From Candidatus Multivoradales bacterium (GTDB lineage Bacteria > Acidobacteriota > Thermoanaerobaculia > Multivoradales > JAHEKO01), in the NCBI GenBank assembly GCA_965223855.1, contig CBDCXM010000009.1, forward strand, positions 2,912,001-2,976,000: DNA of 64,000 nucleotides. Reading direction: 5' to 3'. Both the position numbers and the translations under genes were made by a program. This document shows positions 1 to 10,373 of this stretch, piece after piece; the stretch's first letter is position 1; each line of letters opens with the position of its first letter. The notes under the pieces were generated by a model, which saw nothing but the letters and a program-made list of their open reading frames with translations, made no database searches and was not told the DNA's origin.

Positions 1-2
1 CC

Positions 3-722
3 GCTGCCGACGGCTGGCAGCTCACCTCGGCCTACTGGTCGGCCGGCCTGGTGTCGATCGGCGTCAACGTGGTGGCCAATCTCGCCTTCCTCAAGGCGCT
101 CGAGATCGCGCCGCTGGGGGTGACGATCCCGTTGCTGTCCTTGACGCCGGTGTTCGCGACCCTGCTGTCGATCCGGCTGCTGGGGGAGCTTCCGAACCCG
201 GTGCAGTGGGCCGGCATCGTCTGCGTGGTCCTCGGCGCCTTCGCGCTCAACTGGCATCCGGACGACGGCGTCACATTCAAGGGGGCCTGGCGATCGCTGA
301 CGCGGGAGAAGGGGAGCCTCCTGATGGTGGTGACGGCGCTGGGCTGGTCGATCACCCCGCCGTTCGACAAGCTGGCTTCGGAGGCGGCGGGCACCTACGA
401 GCACGGCACCCTGCTCAATCTCGGAGTCGGCCTCGCGGTGCTGCTGCTGGTGGTCGCACAGGGGGAGGCGAAGAGCCTCCGCTTCGCCCGCAGCGACCTC
501 GGATGGCTGCTCGCCTCCGCGGTGATCGGCTTCACGTCGCTGGCGCTCCTGCTCAAGGCCTACACCGTCGCCTGGGTCGGCCTGGTGGAGGCGGGGCGGC
601 GCGCCGTCAACTCGGTGCTGGCGCTGGTCTTCGGCCGGCTCTACTTCGACGAGACGGTGCGAAAGGCCCAGCTGGCAGCGGTGGCGCTGATGAGCGTCGG
701 CGTAGCGCTGATCTTCCTCTAG
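3..722 (+). CDS. EamA/DMT family inner-membrane transporter (5'-truncated by window edge)
   Basis: Frame open from base 3; multiple hydrophobic helices; DMT-like motifs (PLLSLTPVFATLLS..LLGE, GRLYFDE). Confidence 0.8.
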   Translation, partial: AADGWQLTSAYWSAGLVSIGVNVVANLAFLKALEIAPLGVTIPLLSLTPVFATLLSIRLLGELPNPVQWAGIVCVVLGAFALNWHPDDGVTFKGAWRSLTREKGSLLMVVTALGWSITPPFDKLASEAAGTYEHGTLLNLGVGLAVLLLVVAQGEAKSLRFARSDLGWLLASAVIGFTSLALLLKAYTVAWVGLVEAGRRAVNSVLALVFGRLYFDETVRKAQLAAVALMSVGVALIFL

Positions 723-731
723 TGTGAGGAG

Positions 732-1922
732 CTAGCGCCGCCGCGCGGCCGGCCATTCGCGCTGCAGCCCCCGGGTGGAGGCCCAGTGCGCTCGCAGCTC
801 GGTCATCGAGTCACCGCCGAGCTTCTCAAGCAGGGCGTCGGCGAGCACCAGGGCGACCATCGCTTCGGCGATCACCCCGGCTGCCGGGAGCGCCGTGACG
901 TCGCTGCGCTCGTACTGCGAGGTGGCGGCTTCGCCGCTGTCTAGGTCGACCGAGGGCATCCCCTTGCGCAGCGTCGAAATCGGCTTCATGTAGGCGGTGA
1001 TGACGACGTCCTCACCGTTGGTCACGCCCCCTTCGAGGCCGCCGGCCCGGTTACCTTCCCGGCTGAGCCGCTCGGCGCTGCCGGGGACGATCGGGTCGTG
1101 CGCCGCACTGCCGAGTGCGCGGCTCGCCTCGAGCGCGTGGCCGATTTCGACCGCCTTCACCGCCGGCACCGAGAGCGTGGCGGCGGCGAGCCGGCCGTCG
1201 AGCTTTTCGTCCCAGTGGGCATAGGAGCCGAGGCCGGGGGGCACGTTGTGGGCGACCACGGTGACCGCGCCGCCGAGCGTCTCCCCGGCCGCTGCGGCCT
1301 CGTCGACGAGCGCCATCATGCTTTCCTCTAGCGCAGGGTCGGCGGCTCGCAGGGGGGAGGTGTCGTCCATCTCGGTGAGCTGCGCCCAGTCCGGGGGAGG
1401 CGCGTCGGCGCCGATCGAGCCCAGCGCCCGCACGCCGCTCGCGATCTCGACGTCGAACTGCGCGAGGAGCATGCGCGCCAGCGTCGCGGCGGCGACTCTC
1501 GCCGCGGTCTCGCGCGCCGAGGCGCGCTCGAGGACGTCGCGCAGGTCGTCGCGCAGATACTTGATCCCGCCCGCGAGATCGGCGTGGCCGGGCCGCGGCG
1601 AGTGGACCCGCCGCAATTCGACCCGTCGCGGGTCGTTCTCGAGCGGGTTCATGACGTCGTCCCACTTGGCGTAGTCGCGGTTCTCGATCCACAGCCCGAC
1701 CGGCGAGCCGAGGGTGACGCCGCCCCGCACGCCGGCGCGAATCTCCACCGCGTCGGTCTCGATCTTCATCCGCGCGCCGCGACCGTAGCCGTGCATCCGG
1801 CGTTTCATCTGCCGCTCGATCTCGGCGCTGTCCACGGTCATGCCGGCAGGAAGGCCCCGCAGCGTCGCGGTGAGGCCCGGCCCGTGGCTCTCGCCCGAAG
1901 TGGTCAAAGAGAGGCGGCGCAT
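732..1922 (-). CDS. aroC: Chorismate synthase
   Basis: N-terminal TSGESHG, RPGHAD, ERASARETA, MKPISTL and ERSD motifs; ATG at 1922. Confidence 0.97.
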   Translation of the reverse strand: MRRLSLTTSGESHGPGLTATLRGLPAGMTVDSAEIERQMKRRMHGYGRGARMKIETDAVEIRAGVRGGVTLGSPVGLWIENRDYAKWDDVMNPLENDPRRVELRRVHSPRPGHADLAGGIKYLRDDLRDVLERASARETAARVAAATLARMLLAQFDVEIASGVRALGSIGADAPPPDWAQLTEMDDTSPLRAADPALEESMMALVDEAAAAGETLGGAVTVVAHNVPPGLGSYAHWDEKLDGRLAAATLSVPAVKAVEIGHALEASRALGSAAHDPIVPGSAERLSREGNRAGGLEGGVTNGEDVVITAYMKPISTLRKGMPSVDLDSGEAATSQYERSDVTALPAAGVIAEAMVALVLADALLEKLGGDSMTELRAHWASTRGLQREWPAARRR

Positions 1923-2064
1923 GGCGGCGACGATATCGGAATCGTCCCGGGACCGCGGACCTGTTCGCGCGGGCCTCTGTGCGGGCTGGAGCGAGTGCCC
2001 GGGACCTCGCACCTGTTGCGATTGCCTGGACGCGGCTCGCACCGAGCGTTTAGTCTGCCCGGCT

Positions 2065-2703
2065 ATGAGCGAGCCGGTCCTCGACACGGTCGATCTGCGC
2101 GACGAGGTGGACGACCTCGACGAGCTGCTGGGCGAAGGCTCCGTCGAGGTCGCGGCGCGGGCCCGGAGAGCGAGCCACCTGGAGTTCGGGATGGTGACGA
2201 TCGCCAACGTGCTGTGGGCGGTCGTCGGGCTGGTGCTGTGGCTGCCGCAGGCGTTCCGGGCGGTGCTGGGGGCGGCGCTGCGAGTGGTGCACTCGGCACT
2301 CACCCATCAGGAGTCCGACCGGGCGATCGCCGGCATTCGTCGCGTCAGCCGCTTCTACACCGACCGCTTCCTGCGCACGCAGGGAGGCGGGAGCCCGACG
2401 GTGGGACGGCGCCATGAATGGCGTCCGCTGCGGCTGCTGTTCGAGATCGCCTGGGCCGCCGCCTTCTACCTGCTGGTCCTCAAATGGTGGCGGCCAGAGA
2501 CCTTCGCTCCGATCGGTGCGCGACTCGAGAGCTTCGCCTCGACGGCGTGGGAGCGCCTGGGTGGAGCGGCGGCTTCGACACTCGACTGGATCGCGTTCGA
2601 TCCGAGCGTGCTGGGTGGCATCTGGCTCCGGGTGACGGCGACCGTGCTGGTCGCGATCGGACTCGGCCTGCTGCTCGGGCTCTGGCTCGGGCGCCGCAGG
2701 TAG
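2065..2703 (+). CDS. Hypothetical membrane protein
   Basis: Good codon bias, 3-4 hydrophobic segments, C-terminal TM plus RRR; TAGTCT box 8 nt upstream of ATG. Confidence 0.7.
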   Translation: MSEPVLDTVDLRDEVDDLDELLGEGSVEVAARARRASHLEFGMVTIANVLWAVVGLVLWLPQAFRAVLGAALRVVHSALTHQESDRAIAGIRRVSRFYTDRFLRTQGGGSPTVGRRHEWRPLRLLFEIAWAAAFYLLVLKWWRPETFAPIGARLESFASTAWERLGGAAASTLDWIAFDPSVLGGIWLRVTATVLVAIGLGLLLGLWLGRRR

Positions 2704-2724
2704 CGGGCACCTTCCCCGGCCGGA

Positions 2725-3927
2725 TCAGGCTGCCTGCCGAGGCCCGCGATGCGGGCGGTTCGGGCGCGCGCCGCGCAGCACGTCGACGGCGGCCGACAGA
2801 CCGTCGAGGGTCAGCTCGAACATCGGAAACACCCTGCGGATGGCATCGATCGTCGTGGCGTGCCAGATGCGCTGCGGTTCCGGATTGAGCCAGACGGAGT
2901 CGGGGCAGCGCTCCCGCAGCCTCAGCAGCCAGTCGAGACCGCTCACCGAGTTGCGATGCGAGTAGTCGAGCGCGCCGAAGCGCAGCAGCTCGACCGGGCT
3001 CATCCAGGCATCGCCGACGATCACCACCGACCAGCGCTCGTCGAGCTCGCGCAGCCACTCGACCGTCGACTCGCCCTTGCGCAGGCTCGAGTCGCGATAG
3101 ACGCGCTCGTAGAGGCAATTGTGGAAGAAGCGGGCCTCGAAGGAGCGGAAGTGCTGCGCCCGATGCGTGGCGCTGAAGAGCAGCTCCGAGATCCGGCTGT
3201 GAGGATCCATCGACCCGCCGACATCCATCAGGAGCGCCAGACGGACCCGGTTGCGTCGCTCGGGCCGGAAGACCAGCTCGATGTCTCCGGCGTTGCGGGC
3301 GCTGGCGTCGATGGTCCCGTCGAGGTCGAGCTCGTCCGGTACGCCGTGGCGATCGAGCTTGCGCAGCCGCTGCAACGCCACGCCGATCTGCCGCGTGTCG
3401 AGGATGCGGTCGGATCGCAGGCGCCGGAACCGCCGCTCGCCCGCCACCTGGACGGCAGAGCGGCCGCCTCCGAGGTCGCCGACCCTCACGCCTGCCGCGT
3501 GGCGACCGCCGCGCCCGAACGGAGAGCGCCCTCCGGTGCCGATCCAGTGACTGCCGCCGTCGTGTCGCTCGTCCTGCTCGCGCATCCGCTCCTCGAACGT
3601 ACGCCGGAGCTCGTCGAGGTCGAAGTCGTCGGGGAAGGGGAGGCGGGTGGCGTCGAGCGGCGGCAGCTCCGCCTCCGCCAGCCACTCGAGTAGCGCCTCG
3701 TCGACATCGAAGTGCCCTTCGACGCCGCGAAAGAACTCCTGGAACGCGAGGTCGTAACGGTCGAAGTCCGAGACCCGATGAACCAGCAGCGACCGCGCGA
3801 GGTGGTAGAGGGTCGCGAGATCCGAGCGTGCGTGGCCGCGGGCGAGCGCGTCGAGGAAGGTCAGCCACTCGGAGAGGCCGACCTTCAGGCCGTGCGACCT
3901 CAGGTGGAAGAAGAACGGAGTGAACAA
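2725..3927 (-). CDS. VWA-domain protein (CoxE-like), partner of MoxR ATPase
   Basis: MIDAS-like LMDVGGSM, VGDAWM, WLNP and HDGGSHWIGTGG; directly downstream of MoxR gene. Confidence 0.85.
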   Translation of the reverse strand: MFTPFFFHLRSHGLKVGLSEWLTFLDALARGHARSDLATLYHLARSLLVHRVSDFDRYDLAFQEFFRGVEGHFDVDEALLEWLAEAELPPLDATRLPFPDDFDLDELRRTFEERMREQDERHDGGSHWIGTGGRSPFGRGGRHAAGVRVGDLGGGRSAVQVAGERRFRRLRSDRILDTRQIGVALQRLRKLDRHGVPDELDLDGTIDASARNAGDIELVFRPERRNRVRLALLMDVGGSMDPHSRISELLFSATHRAQHFRSFEARFFHNCLYERVYRDSSLRKGESTVEWLRELDERWSVVIVGDAWMSPVELLRFGALDYSHRNSVSGLDWLLRLRERCPDSVWLNPEPQRIWHATTIDAIRRVFPMFELTLDGLSAAVDVLRGARPNRPHRGPRQAA

Positions 3928-3942
3928 CGGTCTTTGCGGAGA

Positions 3943-4773
<831 letters not shown>

Positions 4774-4941
4774 GGGAGTCTCCGGGCCGGCGCGGTGGGT
4801 GGGCGTCGAGGGCGGGAGAGTCTACCGAAGCCCGACGCGGGAAGATCGACGGCGGCCCTCGCCTCAGGATAGGCTCATGCGAGTTTTCACCGAGGCAAGG
4901 TTCGCCACCTCCGTGGTGCGCGACCGGAACAGGAGATCGAA

Positions 4942-7338
4942 ATGACGAAGCGGGTTTTGGGGTTCGTAGCGGCTCTGGCGTGCGTCGCCGGGGTGGTCGT
5001 GGCGCAGGACACGGGCAGTGTGAGAGGGACGGTGACCGACGACGAGGGGCGGGGAATCGCCGGCGTCGCCGTGATCATCAACGAAACGGGCGCCGTAGAG
5101 ACCACAGGCGGTGACGGCAGCTTCGCTTTCCGCAGCGTGCCCGCCGGCACCTACTCGGTGAGCTTCACCCTCGGCAGCAACTCGACCTCGGTCGAGGGCG
5201 TCGAGGTCGCCGCGGGCGGTACCGCCACGGTCGACCAGAGCGTCGACTGGGACACGACCTTCCTCGACTCGATCACCGTCTTCTCGGCGTCGCGCCGCGA
5301 GGAGCGGATCGTCGATGCGCCGGCGTCGATCTCCGCCTTCAGCGAAGAGGAGATCGCTCAGGACGTCGCCACCGGCCAGATCGCCAAGGTGATCGAGTTC
5401 GCTCCCGGCGTGGAGGTGAACCAGAGCGGCATCTACGACTTCAACATCAACGCCCGAGGTTTCAACAGCTCGCTGAACCGCCGTGTGCAGACGCTGGTCG
5501 ACGGCCGCGAGCCGTCGGTGCCGTTCCTCGGCTCGACCGACTGGCTGTCGATGACGGCGATGGCGGACGTTGCCAAGATGGAGCTGGTGCGAGGCCCGAG
5601 TTCGGCGCTCTACGGCGCCAACGCCTTCAACGGCGTCCTCAACGTGATCACGCAGCCGGCGCGCGACCTGACCGGCGGCGAGGTGACGATTTCGGGCGGC
5701 GAGCTCAGCACCCTCAAGGGAGAGGTCCTGTGGGGCGGCGAGATCAGCGACAGCTGGTATCTCAAGTTCATCGGCGGCTTCACCGACGGTGAGGACTTCT
5801 TTCAGTCGCGCAACGTGACGACGGAGTACGCCGGCCTGCCGATGGAAGCCGAGCCGGGCAGCAACCAGTACGACAACACCACCGCCACGCTCCGGCTCGA
5901 CAAGGAGATCGGCGACGACCAGCTGTTCACCCTCGAGACGAATCGCTACGAGGGGAGCGGCGGCACGGTGGTCACCGGTATCGGTCGGGTGCAGGTGACC
6001 GACCTCGAGCGCGACTGGACGCGACTCAACTACTCGAACCGCCACTTCAACGTGCTCGCCTACCGCAACACCCGGCAGAGCCCGGACCAGAAGGCGCTGT
6101 CGTCCGGCGGGCGGATCTTCCTCGACTCCGAGCAGACGAAGCTCGAGATCCAGGGCAATCGCAGCTTCGCCGACGGGCGCACCCGCCTGGTGGTCGGTGC
6201 GTCGCACAAGGAGGAGGAGATCGATACCGCCAACGCCGCGGGCTTCCAGACTCTGGTCTTCTCGCCCGTCGATCACGACTTCACCGCCGCGTTCGCCCAG
6301 GTCGACTTCGATCTCACCGACCGGGTGAAGCTGGTGCTCGCCTCGCGCTTCGACGACAGCTCGCTCCACGACTCGCAGGTTTCGCCCAAGGCGGCGTTGG
6401 TGATCGGCCTCAACGACCGGCACACGCTGCGCCTCTCCTACAACGAGGCGTTCCAGGTGCCGAACTACTCGGAGTTCTTCCTCGACGCTCCGACGGCGAT
6501 CCCGGGCGTCGGTGCGTCGATCGACCTCAGGGCGATCGAGGCGGGACTGTGCGCCCCGTTCGGCGTCTCCTGCGGCTTCGACACCCCGGTCGGCGTTCGC
6601 GCGCTCGGCAACACGGCGCTGACGCTCGAGGAGATCACCTCGATCGAGGTCGGCTACTCGGCGATCCTCGCGGACAAGGCGTTCCTGACGATCGACTACT
6701 ACTCGAACGAGCTCGACAACTTCATCACCGACCTGACGGTGAACCCGTTCGGCCTGGTCAACCCGCAGTTCGGTCCGTACACGCCGCCGCCCAACCATCC
6801 GGCGCCGCAGCTGCTGCTGACGACGCTCGCAGGCGCGCTCGGTCCGGCGGCGGCGTTCCTGTCGCGCAACGTCGACGGCACGCCGATCTTCGCCCTCGTC
6901 TCCTACGCCAATGCGGGCCAGGTGGACACCCAGGGCATCGATCTCGGCCTGAACTACTACGTCACCCCCTTCTGGCAGCTCGAGTTCAGCTACTCGTGGT
7001 TCGATTTCGACATTCAGGACACCGGCGGCTTCGCCGAGTCGAACCTGCTGCCGAACGCCCCCGAGGGCAAGGCGTCCTTCGGCCTGACCTACTCGGGCGA
7101 CCGGTTCGGCGCATCGATCAAGGGTCGCTGGGTCGACGACTTCCTGTGGGCTGCGGGCGCCTTCCAGGGTCCCGTGCCGTCGTACGAGACCTTCACGGTG
7201 GCGGGGCGCTACGATGTCAGCGATGCCGTGACCGTCGGCGTCAACGTGTCGAACGCCTTCGACGACGAGCACTACCAGTCGTTCGGTGGGGACCTGCTGA
7301 CGCGCCGCGCGCTCGGTTTCGTGACGATCAACTGGTAG
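4942..7338 (+). CDS. TonB-dependent receptor with N-terminal carboxypeptidase-regulatory-like domain
   Basis: Signal peptide; GTVTD...G.F prodomain; plug motif ELVRGPSSALYGANAFNGVLNVIT; C-terminal aromatic W; AGGAG SD. Confidence 0.92.
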   Translation: MTKRVLGFVAALACVAGVVVAQDTGSVRGTVTDDEGRGIAGVAVIINETGAVETTGGDGSFAFRSVPAGTYSVSFTLGSNSTSVEGVEVAAGGTATVDQSVDWDTTFLDSITVFSASRREERIVDAPASISAFSEEEIAQDVATGQIAKVIEFAPGVEVNQSGIYDFNINARGFNSSLNRRVQTLVDGREPSVPFLGSTDWLSMTAMADVAKMELVRGPSSALYGANAFNGVLNVITQPARDLTGGEVTISGGELSTLKGEVLWGGEISDSWYLKFIGGFTDGEDFFQSRNVTTEYAGLPMEAEPGSNQYDNTTATLRLDKEIGDDQLFTLETNRYEGSGGTVVTGIGRVQVTDLERDWTRLNYSNRHFNVLAYRNTRQSPDQKALSSGGRIFLDSEQTKLEIQGNRSFADGRTRLVVGASHKEEEIDTANAAGFQTLVFSPVDHDFTAAFAQVDFDLTDRVKLVLASRFDDSSLHDSQVSPKAALVIGLNDRHTLRLSYNEAFQVPNYSEFFLDAPTAIPGVGASIDLRAIEAGLCAPFGVSCGFDTPVGVRALGNTALTLEEITSIEVGYSAILADKAFLTIDYYSNELDNFITDLTVNPFGLVNPQFGPYTPPPNHPAPQLLLTTLAGALGPAAAFLSRNVDGTPIFALVSYANAGQVDTQGIDLGLNYYVTPFWQLEFSYSWFDFDIQDTGGFAESNLLPNAPEGKASFGLTYSGDRFGASIKGRWVDDFLWAAGAFQGPVPSYETFTVAGRYDVSDAVTVGVNVSNAFDDEHYQSFGGDLLTRRALGFVTINW

Positions 7339-7765
7339 ACGGCACAGCGTCGGCGTCACCGAGGCGCTCGAACTCGTCTCTGATCGCGGCCGGCAGGCGG
7401 ACAGGCTTGCCGGTCGCGCGCTCTACCCAGACGTGCTCCGTCGCGCCGGTGGCGAGCAGCTCCTCGCCCCGGCGCACGGTGTAGCTGTAGCGCACCCCGC
7501 GACTCCAGAGCCGTTCGACCTTGGCGGTCACCTGCACGGTGTCGCCGTAGACGGCCCCGCGGCGGTACTTCACCTCGACGCCGGTGACCAGCAGCAGGTA
7601 GCCGGCCTTCTCGATCTCTGCGTAGTGGAGCCCCGCCGCAGCCGACAGACGGGTGCGGGCGAGCTCGAACCAGACGATGTAGTTGGTGTGGTGGACCACC
7701 CCCATCTGGTCGGTCTCGACGTAGCGCACTTCGACGTCGACGGTCGCTGCGAGAGAGTCAGACAC
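7328..7765 (-). CDS. Acyl-CoA thioesterase (4HBT/YbgC family)
   Basis: VRYVETDQMGVVHHTNYIVWFELAR hot-dog fold motif. Confidence 0.9.
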   Translation of the reverse strand: MSDSLAATVDVEVRYVETDQMGVVHHTNYIVWFELARTRLSAAAGLHYAEIEKAGYLLLVTGVEVKYRRGAVYGDTVQVTAKVERLWSRGVRYSYTVRRGEELLATGATEHVWVERATGKPVRLPAAIRDEFERLGDADAVPSTS

Positions 7766-8459
7766 GGCGGGCGAGAGCGTAGCGCAGGACGGTCCAGAGG
7801 ATCTTGTAGCCGGCGAGGGCCGTCCCCTTGAACGTGCCGGTGATCTTCGAGACCCCGACCCGCTTGCGGTAGGAGACCGGTCGCTCCACGACCCGGAGGC
7901 CGTGGCGGAGCGCCTTGACCTGCATCTCCGCCGTCCAGCCGAAGTCTGGATCCGACATCGCGAGCGCTTCGAGCGCGTCCCAGCGGATCGCCCGGAACGG
8001 GCCGAGGTCGGTATAGCGGTGGCCGTAGAGGAGGCGGATCAACGTGCAGGCGACGAGATTGCCGGCACGGGCCTGCGGCAGCAGCGCTCCACGCTCCCGC
8101 CGCCCGAGGACTCGGGAGCCGATCACGAGGTCGGCCTCGCCGGCCAGCAGCGGTGCGACGAGGTCGGGGAGCTCCTCGGGATGATCGGAGAAGTCGCCGT
8201 CGAGGAAGACGACGAGCGCCGGTGGATCGTTGCGACGCAGGTGCGCCAGAGCGGCCAGGCAGGCACTGCCGTAGCCGGCCCGCAACTCGGAGACGACCTC
8301 GGCCCCTCCCTCCCGGGCGCGGTCGGCGGTCGCATCCGTGGAGGCGTTGTCGCAGACCACGACCCTCCGTACCGGCGGGCGAGGGACCGCCGCCAGGACC
8401 AGCGGCAGCGAGGCCTCCTCGTTGTAGGCCGGAATGACGACGTCGATAGCGGTGGACAT
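7758..8459 (-). CDS. Glycosyltransferase family 2 (DPM1-like)
   Basis: VVIPAYNEE, VCDNASTD, GYGSAC, FLDGDFSD, DLGPFRAIR. Confidence 0.9.
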   Translation of the reverse strand: MSTAIDVVIPAYNEEASLPLVLAAVPRPPVRRVVVCDNASTDATADRAREGGAEVVSELRAGYGSACLAALAHLRRNDPPALVVFLDGDFSDHPEELPDLVAPLLAGEADLVIGSRVLGRRERGALLPQARAGNLVACTLIRLLYGHRYTDLGPFRAIRWDALEALAMSDPDFGWTAEMQVKALRHGLRVVERPVSYRKRVGVSKITGTFKGTALAGYKILWTVLRYALARRV

Positions 8460-8515
8460 GGGAAAGGCTCGTGCCGTCGTGCCGGCGACCCCGGAGCGCC
8501 GCCCGGGGGGAGCGG

Positions 8516-8522
8516 ATAGTAT
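8516..8522. promoter_or_regulatory. Overlapping divergent -10 boxes (TAGTAT on +, TACTAT on -); + transcript predicted leaderless
   Basis: TAGTAT 8517-8522 is 6 nt before ATG 8529 with no SD. Confidence 0.55.
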
Positions 8523-8528
8523 CGCGCG

Positions 8529-9092
8529 ATGCCGATCGCGGCCTACGAGGGGATACGTCCGCGCCTGGGAGAGCGGGTCTATGTCGCGCCCGGCGCCTGG
8601 GTCGGCGGAGACGTCGAGGTCGGCGACGACGTGTCGTTCTGGTTCCAGTCGGTGACGCGCGGCGACGTCAACTCGATCCGCATCGGCGACCGCTCGAACG
8701 TGCAGGACGCCGCGGTGCTGCACGTCACCCACGAGACGCATCCGCTGGCCATCGGCCGCGATGTCGTCATCGGCCACGGAGCGATCGTCCACGGCTGCAC
8801 GATCGGCGACGGCGCCCTGCTGGGGATCGGTTGCACGGTGCTCGACGGCGCCGTCGTCGGCGCGGGAGCGCAGGTCGCGGCGGGGGCCCTGGTCCCTCCG
8901 GACATGGTGGTACCGGCACGGACCCTGGTGATGGGGATTCCGGCGCGTGTGAAGCGCGAGCTCAGCGCCGCGGAACTCGAGGCGAACGCCGAGATCGCTC
9001 CGCGCTACGTCGGTGTCAAGGAGTCGTGGGCGGCGGAGACGGGCTACGGCACTTCGGAGTCCGGCGAGGTGGCTGCGGAGAGGGCGCCATGA
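8529..9092 (+). CDS. Gamma carbonic anhydrase family hexapeptide-repeat protein (YrdA/PaaY-like)
   Basis: RGDVNSIRIG, NVQD..VLH, IGHGAIVHGC metal-binding His pattern. Confidence 0.9.
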   Translation: MPIAAYEGIRPRLGERVYVAPGAWVGGDVEVGDDVSFWFQSVTRGDVNSIRIGDRSNVQDAAVLHVTHETHPLAIGRDVVIGHGAIVHGCTIGDGALLGIGCTVLDGAVVGAGAQVAAGALVPPDMVVPARTLVMGIPARVKRELSAAELEANAEIAPRYVGVKESWAAETGYGTSESGEVAAERAP

Positions 9093-10351
9093 GTGGGAAG
9101 CTCCAGAGCGTCAAGGGGACCCGCGACCTGCTGCCCCCGGAGACGGCGGTGTGGGCGGCGGTGGAGGCCGAGGCGCGGCGGACCTTCGGCTCCTACGGCT
9201 ATCGCGAGATCCGCACGCCCTTGCTCGAGAGCACGGAGTTGTTCGTCCGCTCAGTGGGCGAAGAGACCGACATCGTGGGCAAGGAGATGTACACCTTCGA
9301 GGACCGCAAGGGCCGTTCGCTCACCCTGCGACCGGAGGGGACGGCCGGAGTGGCGCGTGCCTTCGTCCAGCACGGGCTGGCGAGCGGCGTGCTGCCGGCG
9401 AAGCTCTTCTACATCGGAGCGCAGTTCCGCTACGAGCGGCCGCAGCGCGGGCGCTACCGGCAGTTCCACCAGATCGGCGCCGAGCTGATCGGGGACCCCG
9501 GGCCGGGCTCGGACGTCGAGCTGCTGGCGATGCTGGTTCGCTTTCTGGGGAATCTCGGCTTCGAGGGGTTGACCGTGCGACTCAACACCGTCGGTGACGC
9601 CGAGTCGCGACAGGCGTATCGGGAGAGGCTGGTCGCCTACCTGGAGCCGTTCGCGGAAGAGCTGGGCGAGGACAGCCGCCGGCGGCTCGAGACGAACCCG
9701 CTGCGGATCCTCGACACCAAGGTGCCGGCCGAACGTGCCTTGCTGGCGGACGCTCCGCGCCTCGAGGACTGTCTGAGCGCCGCGAGCGCGGAGCACTTCG
9801 CCGCGGTCCGCGCCGGACTCGAGCGGCTCGGCATCGAGCATCGCGTCGAACCGCAACTGGTGCGCGGGCTCGACTACTACGCCCGGACGGTGTTCGAGAT
9901 CGTCGCGGAGGGCCTGGGGGCCCAGGACGCCATCGTCGGCGGTGGCCGCTACGACGGCCTGATCGAGGAACTCGGCGGCGCGGCGGTTCCCGCCCTCGGC
10001 TTCGCCATCGGTCTCGATCGCCTGATCGAGATCCTTCCGGAGACGAAGGCAGCGGCGTTCGAGCCGCCGCTTCTGGTGCGGCTCGTCGGCGTCGGTGTCG
10101 GGGATCCCGAGCTGCTGGCACTGGGCGAAGAGCTCAGGGAGGCGGGGGTGGGGGTCGAGATGGAGGTCGGCGACCGGAGCCTCAAGGCGGCCCTCAAGCG
10201 CGCGCACCGGGCGGGTGCCAGGTGGGTGGTGCTGCTCGGCAAGGACGAGCTTGCGGAAGGAATGGTGACCCTTCGTGACCTCGACGGAGGCGAGCAGGAG
10301 ACGATGGACCGGGCCGAGGCGATCGGCCGGCTGACGGTCGAGACGGCCTGA
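9089..10351 (+). CDS. hisS: Histidine--tRNA ligase
   Basis: KGTRD, LRPEGTA, FRYERPQRGRYRQFHQIG, LVRGLDYY, GGGRYDGL; ATGA overlap with upstream stop. Confidence 0.98.
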   Translation: MSGKLQSVKGTRDLLPPETAVWAAVEAEARRTFGSYGYREIRTPLLESTELFVRSVGEETDIVGKEMYTFEDRKGRSLTLRPEGTAGVARAFVQHGLASGVLPAKLFYIGAQFRYERPQRGRYRQFHQIGAELIGDPGPGSDVELLAMLVRFLGNLGFEGLTVRLNTVGDAESRQAYRERLVAYLEPFAEELGEDSRRRLETNPLRILDTKVPAERALLADAPRLEDCLSAASAEHFAAVRAGLERLGIEHRVEPQLVRGLDYYARTVFEIVAEGLGAQDAIVGGGRYDGLIEELGGAAVPALGFAIGLDRLIEILPETKAAAFEPPLLVRLVGVGVGDPELLALGEELREAGVGVEMEVGDRSLKAALKRAHRAGARWVVLLGKDELAEGMVTLRDLDGGEQETMDRAEAIGRLTVETA

Positions 10352-10373
10352 TGGGCCGCAGGGAGCTGATGCG

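Noticed and set aside
4774-4941. Possible cobalamin or TPP riboswitch upstream of the TonB receptor
   Set aside because: Region is short and lacks recognisable B12-box or TPP consensus sequences
4864-7359. 831-aa antisense ORF over the TonB receptor (similar cases: 10194-12077, 22256-24103, 29904-31547, 54360-56117, 59250-60959)
   Set aside because: Shadow ORFs expected from high-GC codon bias; no motifs, and they mirror well-supported genes
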